DNA of 64,000 bases from Lama guanicoe (lineage: Eukaryota). Location: positions 3,300,524-3,364,523 of the forward strand of contig MU053873.1 of assembly GCA_013239625.1 (NCBI GenBank), given 5' to 3'. The position numbers were made by a program, and so were the translations under genes. Within the stretch, counting starts at the first letter, position 1; each line of letters begins with the position of its first letter. The notes beneath the pieces are model-generated. The model was not told where the DNA came from. It saw nothing but the letters and a program-made list of their open reading frames with translations, and did no database searches. This document shows positions 53,150-64,000 of this stretch, in pieces.

Positions 53150-53790
53150 CTCCGGCAGCGTCCCTCACTGACTCCTCAGCCCCGTCCTGGAAGATACCCC
53201 AACCCCACCCGCGACTGTTAGTTTACCTCGTTCTAGAGTCTTCGCCCCCTTGGCCTGTTAGTAGCCACTCTCAGTAACTTACCCATAAGAAGAGGCTTGG
53301 GCAGCGTTCGAGCTAATCCCGCCTCGCGCACCAACACCTGAGCATTCGGAAAGCTGGTGAGACCGGCCTCCCGGGACAGCGCTGTGTGGAAGCCCACTCT
53401 CACCTCACCAGAACCCACCGTGGCCCTCACTCTCCAGCTCCGCGGCGAACAGCGTCATCTCGCGAAAGCCCACCGTGGCCCTCAATTTAGCTCCGCGTGG
53501 GATGATGGGAAACTGACTCCCAACATCTCGCGAGAGTCCACTGTGGACTTCGCTTTCCAGCTTCGCGTGGGATGATGGCAAGCCGACTCTGATTATATCG
53601 CGAGAGCCCACTGTGGGCCTCAACTCCATATGGGATAATGGGAAACATCTCGCGAGACCCTATCATGGGTATCGCGTTCGAACTTCGCGTGGGATGATGA
53701 AAGCCGGCTGGTCATCTCGCGAAAGCTCGCCGGGGACCTGCTGTGGATCTTGCTTTCAAACTCGGCATGGGATGATGTCACATAATAGTT
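53150..53790 (-). promoter_or_regulatory. CpG-rich candidate promoter and non-coding first exon of MYO18B, with a tandem BANP/ZNF143-like motif array
   Basis: Locally high CpG density. Five TMTCGCGARA motifs. Minus-strand donors TGG|gtaagt (exon end 53283) and GAG|gtaaac (exon end 53227) point toward the acceptor at 50115. Confidence 0.65.
53410..53782. repeat. Degenerate tandem repeat, ~52-70 bp unit, about 5.5 copies
   Basis: Recurring catctcgcgaRag-cccacYgtgg...cgcgtgggatgatgg. Motif starts at 53458, 53526, 53596, 53648 and 53715. Confidence 0.85.
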
Positions 53791-53896
53791 TGAAATCAGC
53801 CACGGCAGTGTTTACTCCGCATAAATTGGCAGATACCACAAGTCAAGTGTTTTGTTTTGTTCCAGGAGAACCGTTAAACACTGACCGGCACATTGC
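53783..53896. mobile_element. MER63/Arthur-like hAT fragment abutting the motif array
   Basis: aatagtttgaaatcagccacgg...aaattggcagatac...ccaggagaaccgttaaacactgaccggcaca. Confidence 0.5.
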
Positions 53897-56351
53897 TCCT
53901 ACAAGGCCTGGCGAGAATGAAATCTCAGGATCCAAAGAAGGGATGTTTTGTCTCTGATGAGGGCATGTGCCCATGGAGACCCTAAGAACATGAGTTCAAG
54001 TGCGAACAGCGAAGTAAAGAGCTACAGGGTGTGGGCTCTCCAGCTTGTGAAGGCACGTTAGCGGCAAATAAAGCTGGAGGATACGCAGGAGCCCAGATCT
54101 CTGGGGGGAGGAGCTGGGGGAGAGGTGGGGTCAAAAGACGCCTCTCCACTCGTTCCCTTAGGAGACACTGTAGTGGCCTCAAGTGACTCACAACCAGAAT
54201 CCACTCTGCTACACGCCTGGGCAGCAGAGCCGAGCTTATGAATAGGCCTGACGTGAGGTGGTTGTCCTGGCCACTGCCCTGCCCCTCAACACTTCCCATC
54301 CAGCCCAGCCAGGTCAGTGGCTGCTTCCCAAGAATCACTCTCACCTTCAAGGCTCCAGGGGGAATCCTGAGCTGTCCTCAGCCTGGCTGTGGGCAGGCCC
54401 AGACGGCCATGGTATATGGGGGCAATGAGAGAGAGCTCCATTTCCGGCCTTCACTCCACGTGTCCTTCCCTTCAAAGGCATCAGGCCAGCCCCACTGACC
54501 CAGGGCCAGGAGCCAGTCCTACCGGGGTGGCTTTGTCAAGCCTTAATTTAAGCATGTGTTCTTATCACTGCATTCCTGTCCAGATCTGAAACTCACACCT
54601 GCCTCATCAGCTGCTGTTGTAAGCCCATGAGAAGGCCCCAAATGTTCAGAATTCATGGGATAAAGTGTCAAGTCTTTCCTCAAGGGTGAAGGAGGCTGGT
54701 GAAATGAAAGGTAACCCCAAATCCAAGGATGGCTTGAAACAGTTTTCTATGTAGACAGGCTAGGTCTGCGTGGCCCTGTGGGGCCCTCAAGGCATCCCCT
54801 CTTACCCCTCAAGGTTCAGCCCTGACCCAGCAGCTAACCCTCATTCACCTGTCTCAAAGAAAAAAAAACCCAGGTCTTCATAGTGGCTTCTGAGGCCCCC
54901 GTGATCACCTGTCCCAACCTCTCCCCCTTGCTCCTTTGCTGCAGCAACACTGACCTGACTGCACCCTTCCACACGGTTCCCACCTCAGGGCCTTTGCACA
55001 TTCTGTTCCCTGTGCTTCACATGCTTTTCTTTCTGCATGGCTCACATCTTCACCTCTTTCAAGCCTTAGCTCAGAGTCATCTTCTCAACAATCCTGCCTT
55101 CACCATCTTATTTAAATTGCTGCACAGCCCCATTCCACCTCGTCCCACCCCTATCCCAGGACTGCCCATTGTCTTTCCTTGCTCTTCCCCCCATAGCACT
55201 TAATCACTGCCTATCATCCCACAATACATCATGCTGTATATTTTTGGTTTAGTTTCTGACTCCCCACACAGAACATGGCCCCTGTGAGGTTCAGAATTTC
55301 CATCTGTTCTGTTCACTTAAGTAGCCCCAGAGCCTAGATCAGTGCCTGGCACATACTTGGCTCTCAAGACATATTTGTTGAGTGAATGAATGAGCGAATG
55401 GATGAATGATTAGGAGTGTCTGGGAAGGACAAAGCAGGCCATTGTCGGCAAGTCTATAGCTGGGATTTCTGACGTCCCCCTGCACTGTCTGCATCTGCAC
55501 ATAGGGGGCAGCATGTTATCATGACCCAAGTTCATGTCCTGCTACCACTATTCTCTTGTGGGAGCCCAGGAAGTTCTCTGAGACTCAGTTTTCTCAGCTG
55601 TAAAGTGGGAAGAGGACACCCACAGACCCATGTGCTTAATCACTGATAACTGTTTTCAATCATCTTTTCATTTTTGTTCATGGCTCCCTAAACCCTTGTA
55701 GTTTCCTAAGTGTAAAGGGTCATCAGGGTGTGTTTTGTTGTGTTAATGAGGTGACTTTTGGAAGGCCAAATATATATTTTTCTTTATAAATCACAATGTT
55801 GCACCCAGCTCAATTAAAATCTCCAAATGCTTTGTGCATCAGCTGGCTTTGACAAGCCAGCACCTCCCCTCCCCCACCTTACCCCCTTCCTCCATCCCTA
55901 AATCCTGCCACAAGTGTTTCTTGGAGAATCGTTAGAAAAATCTTGGCTCCTCCAGCACATTGGCTCTCCCCTTTCTATATCTGCAGTTTCCCCACTGACC
56001 CAGGTGGGCCACATGCCCCTTGCCAGCCACCTTACAGTCTGATGAGATGCCAGATCTCATAGATGGGCCTCGTGGCCGACTGCAAGGATGACCAATATTT
56101 CTCAAATGCCAGCATCAACTCATCTGTATTTGGGAGCTGCTTGGAGTGTTGTATTGAGAAGCATCCTAAGCTACGGCTGAACTAGCAAGAACGTGTGTGG
56201 TGATCAACTAGCAATGTCTGCCGTGGGCACAGGAATGGTTGGGGTAGTGTGGTGCCTGCACCAATGTGGCTAGTGGCTACCATATTGGACAGCACAAATA
56301 CAGAACATTTCTATTGTTGAAGAAAGTTCTGTTGGACAGAACCAAACTAGA

Positions 56352-56554
56352 TCAGGCTTTTCAATAGGGGGTGACTGTACCACCAGTGGACATCTGGCAA
56401 TGGCTGAAGACATCTTTGATTGTTACAACTAGATGGGGGTGCTACCGGTATCTAGCAGGTAGAGGCCAAGTATGCTGCTAAACATTCTACAATGCTCAGG
56501 ACAAAGAATTATTCAGTCCCAAATATCAACATCGCTGAGGTTGAGAAACCCTGG
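56352..56554 (+). mobile_element. MER20-like DNA transposon (a MER3-like fragment lies immediately before it)
   Basis: ttttcaatagggggtgact...ggtagaggccaagtatgctgctaaacattctacaatgc...gctgaggttgagaaaccctg. Confidence 0.85.
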
Positions 56555-57487
56555 TCTAGAAGAATCATGCCAAGTGGAGAGGAACGTGAAGAGGGGCAGG
56601 GAGCAAAATAATCTTGCTTTGAACAATAAATAGATGCGGCATAGAGCTGAGAAAATGAGCCAACCCACTGCTGACAGGGTAAGAGAAGTAATTCCTGGAC
56701 CCATCACCATGTAGTGCCTCTGTGGCCCCAGGCAAGTCCCTAACCCTCTCTGATTCTCAGTCTCTCCCTGATAAAACTGGAAGAGTATCACACCCACTCC
56801 TGGATGGATTAAATGAGGTAGTGAGTTTGAATAGGCTTTGTTATCTGTCCCAGTGGAACAGGGTTGCCTAATTGGTTATCTTACCTCCCTGTTTATTGGG
56901 CTCGACTAAATAAACAAGTCTCTAGCAGAAAGGCTCCAAGTCCCAGTTTCATTTCACTCTGCATGACCTTGGGTCCCTTAAGCCTCTAAATCTCACTTCC
57001 TGATCTGTAAAATGGGGCTAATCACTCATGCCCAAACTCACAGGAATATCCAGCATGAATGAGACATTTAATCCCAATAAGCAACCATCTCTCTCTCTCT
57101 CTCTCTCTGCTGTCTCTCTCAACTTGACAGCTAATCCAGTTGCCCTCCATGAAATTGAAACTCAAACCCCAGCTGGTACCCAAGAAACAGCTGAAAATGC
57201 ACTCTGTCTTTTATGGGCGGAGATAAATTACTTGGGACCCTGGACCTTGAAATTCCTGCCTCCCTGAGCGTGAGTACTGGCCACATATTTGGTAAACTCA
57301 CTTCACCAGTTCTCGAAGATCTTTCCCTCCTTGCCAGAAACTGTAGTTCTTTAAAGTAATGAAGTACCAGGGCGAAGCACAGTGAGAAATAGAGCAGGAA
57401 AGGAAAATTAGAGCTGAGTGAGTCATGCCCGGGGTGGGGGAGTGATTCAGATTAAACTGATGGTGACTCTAGATCCTTCAGAATGAG

Positions 57488-57559
57488 TGGTGTGTGTATG
57501 TATGTGGGTGTGGGTGGGTGTGTGTGTGTAGGTGGGTGTGTATGTGAGAGAGAGAGAGA
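57488..57559. repeat. Imperfect (GT)n followed by (GA)n microsatellite
   Basis: Direct reading of the sequence. Confidence 0.9.
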
Positions 57560-57994
57560 TTGACATCTGCCTTGATGGTTATGAGATACCTCCATCAGCT
57601 CTCATCCCAACAACCTTGTTTGTGTAATAAAGCTCACTTTTGTTGAACTAAAGCTGAGATTTAATTCTTTCCTTTGAGGTTTGGAAGATGACGATGAAGT
57701 TTTGGGGCTGGGGGTAATGGGGAAAATTCGGTTAGTATTCCTAAAATGAGGAGCCCCAGGCTGCTCCCTGAATGCCAAACTTGAAGGCAGGGTCTGTTCT
57801 AACCGAATGCCATCACTACAAAGCTGTGTGTCCTTGAGCAAGTTGCTATCCCTCTCTGTGCCCTAGTGGCCCCCATCTGTGAACAGGTAGGGCTGGATCT
57901 GATGGCACCCAGGAGCCTTCTGCTTGTCTCAAATGGACTTTCTCCATTTTTCAAATAATGCAATTTCATACAGTTTAAATATTAGGGTTATCAT

Positions 57995-58490
57995 GTAAAG
58001 ACATGGAGGAAACTTAAAATGCCTGTTACTAAGGGAAAGGCCCAGTCAGTGAAGACTACATACTGTATGACTCCAACTGTATAACATTCTGGAAAAGGCA
58101 AAACTATGCAGAAAGTAAAAAGATCAGTGGTTGCCAGAGGTCAGGGGAAAGGAGGGATGGACTAGGCAGAGCATAGAGGATTTTTAGGCCAGTGAAACCA
58201 TTCTGTGTGATACCCTAATAATGGAGACCTGTCATCGTGCATTTGTGCAAACCCATCGAATGAACACCACCAAGAGTGAACCGGCATATCGACTATGGCC
58301 TTGGAGTGGTAAGGACATGTCAATATAAGTCCATCGGTTGTCACAAACGTCCCACTTTGGTGGTGGATGTTATCATGGGGAGGCTGTGAATGTGGGGGGC
58401 AGGGGGTGTGTGGGAAATCTCTGTACCTTCCCTTCAAGTTTGCTTTGAATCTAAAACTGATGTAAAAAGTAAAAACGATTAAATAAAAAA
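57995..58490 (+). mobile_element. L1MC1-like 3' end
   Basis: acatggaggaaacttaaaatgc...acattctggaaaaggcaaaactatg...tgggaaatctctgtaccttcc followed by an A-rich tail. Confidence 0.8.
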
Positions 58491-59126
58491 TTTGAGGATA
58501 TGTCTTATACCACTGCACCATTCAGACAAGTGTTTTTACGTACTGGGTAGGGGCTATCTCATCAAGGCTGAGGAGAGACACAGCCAGAGTCCCCATCCTT
58601 TCAGCAGTACCAGGAAGTTTTCTCCAGCCTCTGGGCCTTCTGGTCTTATCCCCAAAAGCCACCAGAAGCACTTGATCTTACCCTGTCTGAACACTGGCCT
58701 TAGGAAATTTTGCAATAATCAGACCCTAATAGAGGACAGTGTGTGTTTTCCACGTCTGGGATGCAGTGAGGTTTGACAAGGTGGGTGCCTAGGGGTTTTA
58801 CTGGCTCCCACAGAGGAAAGGTGGTTCTCTAGCTTTGGTGGGTACCAATCCCACCTGTCAGGTTGGAAATCTACAGATTTCCAGGCCCCTTTCCCCCAAG
58901 ACTGTTCAGTAGTTTTGAGATGGTCCTGGGAATCTGCATTTTTAAAGCACCCCCCTCCCTGGTGTGGTCGATGGAGGTAATCAATGACCCATCTTTGCAG
59001 AAACGCTGCCCTGGATATTGAATTCCGGAAGCTGTCTCCAGGATGGTCTTGCCCCAGGCCTTCTGGGTTTTTGTAAATTAATTATTTATTTATGTTGGTT
59101 GATGTTTATTTTTTTTTATTAAATGC

Positions 59127-59216
59127 TTTTTTTTTTTTAAATAGAGGTACTGGGGATGGAACCCAGGACCTTCTGCATGCTAAGCACATGCTCTACCACT
59201 GAGCTACACCCACCCC
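59127..59216 (-). mobile_element. tRNA-Ala-derived SINE (Vic-1-like, camelid)
   Basis: The minus strand reads GGGGTGGGTGTAGCTCAGTGGTAGAGCATGTGCTTAGCATGCAGAAGGTCCTGGGTTCCATCCCCAGTACCTC, then a poly(A) tail. A and B boxes are present. Confidence 0.85.
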
Positions 59217-59842
59217 AACGAATTTAATTTTTAATAAATACATGCACCCCAATGTTCATAGCTGCACTATTTAAAGGGCCCTCAGGTTTTAGAAGGCATA
59301 ACTAAAACTCAGATTCCGGAAGGGGCGGATCTGAGGTCACAGAGTCAGCAGCATCCAAACTAGGCTATTCAAGGTGACCAGGCCTCTGTGCAGGTGACAC
59401 CAAATGTCTATTATTGGTGACATGCAGCCCCTCAAAAGTCAAGAGACCAGGAGACCCTCCTCCTCCTCCCCCTCCCCTCTCTCTCTGGGTCATTATTTTT
59501 TAGAACTCACCACACAGCCTAAACCACACGGGCCTTCCCCCAGCCCACCCTGGATATATTACCGGACACAGGAGGACCTAAGTCAGTAGCAAAGACCACT
59601 CCGAGGGAATCATGGTCTTGTTGGACACCGGGCATCTGCTTGGCTGGCCACAAAGTGAAAGCTGCAGCCGAGTTTTCCAGGCCTTGCAGGACAGAAGCCC
59701 AGGCTCCTGGAGGGTCAAGGCCAGACCGGGCAGCTTGGAACTGACTGGGGTTTCCCCTCCCAGCCACCTCTATGGAGAAGCCACACAGAGGCCGTGGCCC
59801 TGAGGCCTGACTCTGGGGAGGGAGTTCCAGGAGAAAAGACAG

Positions 59843-59921
59843 CCCCCTCCCCCCTCCCCCCCCCCCCCCCCCCCCCCCGCCCCCCCCCACCCCTCCCCCC
59901 ACGCCACCCCTCCTCCACCCC
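59843..59921. repeat. Poly-C / C-rich low-complexity tract (G-rich on the minus strand)
   Basis: A run of more than 20 C flanked by shorter C runs. Confidence 0.95.
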
Positions 59922-59944
59922 AAACCCATCCTTATTTGGAATAA

Positions 59945-62900
59945 ACGGAATAAAAAACTACTATCAAGGTTTATACTCAACAGCATTGGGAACATGAAAA
60001 GGGGAAGAGTTTGGCCTCCTGACTGTAAACTGACACCCAGTTAAGCAGAAATCACCGGTAGTTGAGGGAAAAATCTGAGCCCCACCGTCTGCCGGCTGAG
60101 ATTCCAAAGTGAAGGTTATCTCGTGACTCTAAATATATATAATTTTCATAAGCAGCAAACAGCTGGGTCCTGATCAGGGTGGTCCTTAAAAGTATCCGCT
60201 CGCCCCAGCCTTTCGTCCTAAAATCTGCCCATGAAACACTCTTGTTTTCTCTACGAGCGATGCAGGCACGCGGCAGAGGGAAGAGGCCCCGGAGGCCGGC
60301 CACATCAGAAAGGCCTAAAATAGACGGACAGACCAGAGGCCTGCCACCGCAGCCCCCAAAGCACATTCCCGAAAATTGTGCCTGTCGACTCGCAAGTGCC
60401 CATCGCAAAACCCAGCCCGACGGTACCTTCAACCCACAGGGCCACAGGTCTCAGGATCCACTGTCACCTGAAAGGTCTCCCCAGGTCTCAGTGCAGAGAC
60501 CCCACCAAGCCGAAAGAGCAGGCACAGAGGAGAAATGTCAGCGCTCCCCTCCCCACACTGTCACACACATCCCCTTCCCTCACTGCTCCTCCCTGTCCTC
60601 CCGCACCCTCCCTCTGCGCCAATGTGATAGCAGCTGAGTCGACAAGTCATTTCTAAAATTAGCTGGTGAGCTCCAGGTCTGGGCAGGAGACGGCAGCCTG
60701 GGGTGGCCATCGGAGCGTGGCAGTCAGAGGGCATGGACATATTTGGTGGCGCAGAAAAGGGGAGGGGACAGCTCCCGACGCAAGCACATTCTCACCCATC
60801 ATCCCTGTCCCGGGCGGGCAGCACAGCCATGCTCCTGCCTCTGCTCCATGCAGATAACCAGTGGCCACTGGAGTTGGACGAGGAGAGCCCGGCTCCACGT
60901 TCCAGCTGGGACTCTGGAAGGAAATTACTGGACCCGGTGCTGGCGTCTCCCGGTAAACAATCAATGCATGTAAATAAGTGTAAGGAGGATGCAGCCACTA
61001 CCACACGCCTGGACACCAACCTGAGGCCTTTAATGAACTCATTTTCCATTCCCGACAATCCTAGGAGGTAGGGTTTCCCCACTCCCATTTCACAGGTGGG
61101 GAAACGGAGGCACAGAAAAATGAACCAACTCGCAGGGGAGAGCCAGGATTTAGAACCTAGGCAGTCCTGGCCCCAGATGACACAGACTTAAACATGGCAC
61201 AAAACAGGATGCTCGAAAGAGTGCCCTGTCCACTGCCTGTGTTACTGACTCTGGTTCTGGAACTCTCTAATCAACAGAAAGTGATAAGAGGCCAGATGAG
61301 AAGTTCAGGCAAGGCTTTATTGGGACTCATGCTGCAGCGTGAGGGCGAGAGAACAAGAAACAGCTGCCCTTGCTTGTACACACAGATAATCTTAAGCACT
61401 GAGCCTAACTAAAGTGGTATTTTTTTTATTGAAGTATAGTTGATTTACAATATTATATCAGTTTCAAGTTTACAATAGTAATTCAGACTTACAGATTACA
61501 CCCCGCTGAAACTTCCAATGCAAAATGGAAGCTTTTTCAGTGGCGACCACAAAGGGCAACTGTATTTGTTGACCGTACTGAGCTAAGCCTCCAGAGTACC
61601 GTCGGTATGATCTTACTTTTCATTTGTTAGAGGGACCCAACTGTACACAAACAGACTATTCATAATTCTCTTCCTCTCTTTTCCCAGTCCTCACCAGTCA
61701 GTAGGCCATTTCACGACAGAGAAGTGAAATAATCGTTATCTGTCACATAGAAACAATGAGGCAGAAGTTAGGTTTAAAATAGGACCAGGCTGGATGTCCC
61801 CAATGCAGGCGCTTCCCACGATCACTAATAGACGCGTGAAAGGGAGGAAATTTTGAAAAATCCCCGTAGAAAACTATGACTGACAGTCAGGTGGAGACGT
61901 GTTTAACCAGCTAGCAAATCAACACTGTATGCCTACAAGGGAAACTGAAGAACTGGGCATCTTACCCGCAGACCAAAGTTAAAGAGTAAGAATACGAATG
62001 CAAAAACCAGTCATGTCCATACGTTAGGCCCAAAGAGGTTGCCCCGTGACCTTGCTGGGAGTAGGGTCCCCAGGATACTGCCCTTCCTTCTGGGTTCCAA
62101 GGAGGGACTGGATTTCTGCAGCTCTCAGGCATGGTCCTTGGTTATGTGGTGCATCAGACCCAGGGCTCCACTGCACGGCTGCCCTCTGCCTATGGAACTG
62201 ACTACGTTCCCCATAGCTGGGGCTCCCGTCAATTACTCCATTAAGAGGTTTTCAAGTCTGCAAACACAACTACATTCCAGGGAAACCGGATGGCTATGTG
62301 CACCAATTGTGACTTCCTTCTTTCCTGAACCGGCAAGGGACAGGAGGTGCTTCCAGCTCAAGGACGGAGGTACCTGCCCTACCCTCAACCTCTGGACCCA
62401 CGAGCAGACAGTCCCGCCCAAGAAGTCGTGGCTCTGGGGCCACCACCTCCTTGGATTCTGGTTTAAAGTGATGTGCACCACAAGGTCTCTCATGTCCTCC
62501 TGGGAGCAGGGATGGAGAGTGAGAGGTCTTAAGTCCAGGGAGGGACCCCAGGGTCACCCGAGAATCACACGGGGGAGCTTGGCATCACTTCCAGAAAAAT
62601 TGGAGATGAGTTGGACCTCCCGGCTTTCCCAGACTCTTTCCTGGCACCATGTCTGACACAAGCAGGTAGTCTCCAAAACCCTGACATTGAAGTTGGCTGT
62701 GCTCAAACAGTCCATCAAATCAGCAGAAACGCTTATTCGGTGGTTCCCATCCTTTTATTTTTTCATTTTGTAATAAAATCAGTCTCCGCATGAATTCTCC
62801 CCAAAGTCAGGATTCTTAAAAATGAGTCATTTCCTGATGACCTAAATGCTTGATAAAGAAATGCAGTTTCCTTAATTAATTTAATTTAATGGGGGGGGGG

Positions 62901-64000
62901 AGAGCACACCAAAGTACCTTTGTACATGTCCTTCCCATTAAAGTTTCTATAAGCAATTGATAAACACAGAAAACCAGCCTGGCTGCCCCCTAAATAGCCA
63001 TGAAATATGGTGATAGTAACTGATAGTGACACGCCACACACAGGGCAGGTGACCCAAACAGCGTCTCACGTGGGATACAATTGCAAAAGCACACTAGTGA
63101 ATGCATGCTGAGAGCTGATGTAAACCTCCACTGGCGCAACTGATGTGAAAAGAGAGAAAAACAAATGACTTAATAGCTACACTATCGAGATTTACAGTAT
63201 CTGATACACTGGCTTTGCTCAGTACAGCGATGCACGATAGAAAATGGACTTGTTAGTAAAAAAAAGAAAACGGACTTATTTCTTTAAGGGTATTTTGCTT
63301 TGCCATGAACAGAGTAAATGTATGACTACGTGGATGGCTACACAGCTGGGAAAACGGGGAGAGACAAAGGTCAGCGCATGAGGAGGGACCCCCCTCTCAC
63401 ATGGATCCTCAAGGGTCCACTCAAAAATAAGACCTCTCGCAAAGCTGGGACCATATACAAGCCCATTTCCCAAACCATCTTGAAATACCGAGGGGGGAAG
63501 TCACATTCAAATGTGCTGCTCTTGGAAGTGCTGCTGGTAAACCCAGCGGGCCATTTCTAAAGCGTGTGGAGGAAGAGGCGTCCGTCCGCAGTTGATGGAT
63601 CAGATGCAACAGTCAGATCTTGAGGCGGTGGCAAGACTGATTTGGGGGATTTGGCACAAGAAGAGTCAGAAATGATGCTCTGCAGGTGAACGTCAGGTCC
63701 TGAAGGATGATCATACAGAAGGGGTAATAGCCCCCGACCCCACTCACTGGGGCTTACATGATGCCGTGAAACCTACACTTCGAGAGAATGCCATCCAAAC
63801 TCTTTCCCAAAATTCTTTGACGATGATGGAGCCTGTCTAGAGTAAAGCAGTCGGGGAACCTGTCAACAAGGAGGGGGGCCTTCGGAAGAGGTAGATGAAT
63901 GCAGTATTCTGCAGCACGTTCGCTGTCGGATGTTACCCCAGGAAGTGCACTTGACTCTCAGCGCAGATCAGAGGGTGAGCTGCTGTTGAGAACTGTCCGT
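59945..64000 (-). other. Possible long 3' UTR of the upstream same-strand gene (GRK3 by mammalian synteny)
   Basis: Repeat-poor, non-coding, CpG-retaining sequence with U-rich blocks on the minus strand. A TATAAA variant signal at 59970-59975 is followed by a U-rich element. No coding sequence in the window confirms the gene. Confidence 0.3.
61238..61500 (-). mobile_element. LTR fragment followed by a short artiodactyl-type L1 3' end
   Basis: tgttactgactctggttc...ggcaaggctttattgg is an LTR U5/polyA read in reverse. ttttttattgaagtatagttgatttacaat is the L1 3' terminus typical of artiodactyls. Confidence 0.55.

Noticed and set aside
53410..53782. Repeat-spacer-like array read as a CRISPR
   Set aside because: The context is mammalian, the repeats are degenerate, the 'spacers' are homologous to each other and there are no cas genes.
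59140..59216. Functional tRNA-Ala gene
   Set aside because: The acceptor stem is imperfect, the B box is altered and a poly(A) tail follows. It is a SINE.
59519..59997. Gly-rich and Pro-rich ORFs
   Set aside because: They derive from the poly-C tract.
62039..62656. 205-aa plus-strand ORF as an ERV or retrogene
   Set aside because: It has a non-ATG start and no gag, pol, env or other recognisable motif.

Overview
Mammalian genomic DNA, probably camelid: it carries a tRNA-Ala-derived Vic-1-like SINE and an artiodactyl-type L1 3' end. The window holds the 5' part of MYO18B (unconventional myosin-XVIIIb) on the minus strand. Twelve coding exons run from the ATG at 50004 to the window edge at position 1 and splice in frame to about 835 codons: the N-terminal extension and the first part of the degenerate motor domain. 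The introns are full of MIR, L2, L1, LTR and DNA-transposon fossils. Four points stand out. (1) The first coding exon joins the next in frame at a non-canonical GA donor (AAG|GAAAGT). (2) A CpG-rich candidate promoter at about 53.2-53.8 kb is a degenerate ~68-bp tandem array in which each unit pairs a BANP/CGCG motif with a ZNF143/Staf-like motif. (3) A 1867-bp near-identical duplication flanks a 250-N gap and doubles one exon; it is probably an assembly artefact. (4) The region 60-64 kb looks like the long 3' UTR of an upstream same-strand gene, possibly GRK3 by synteny (unverified). Repeat family names and comparisons with human are recalled from memory, not from a search.
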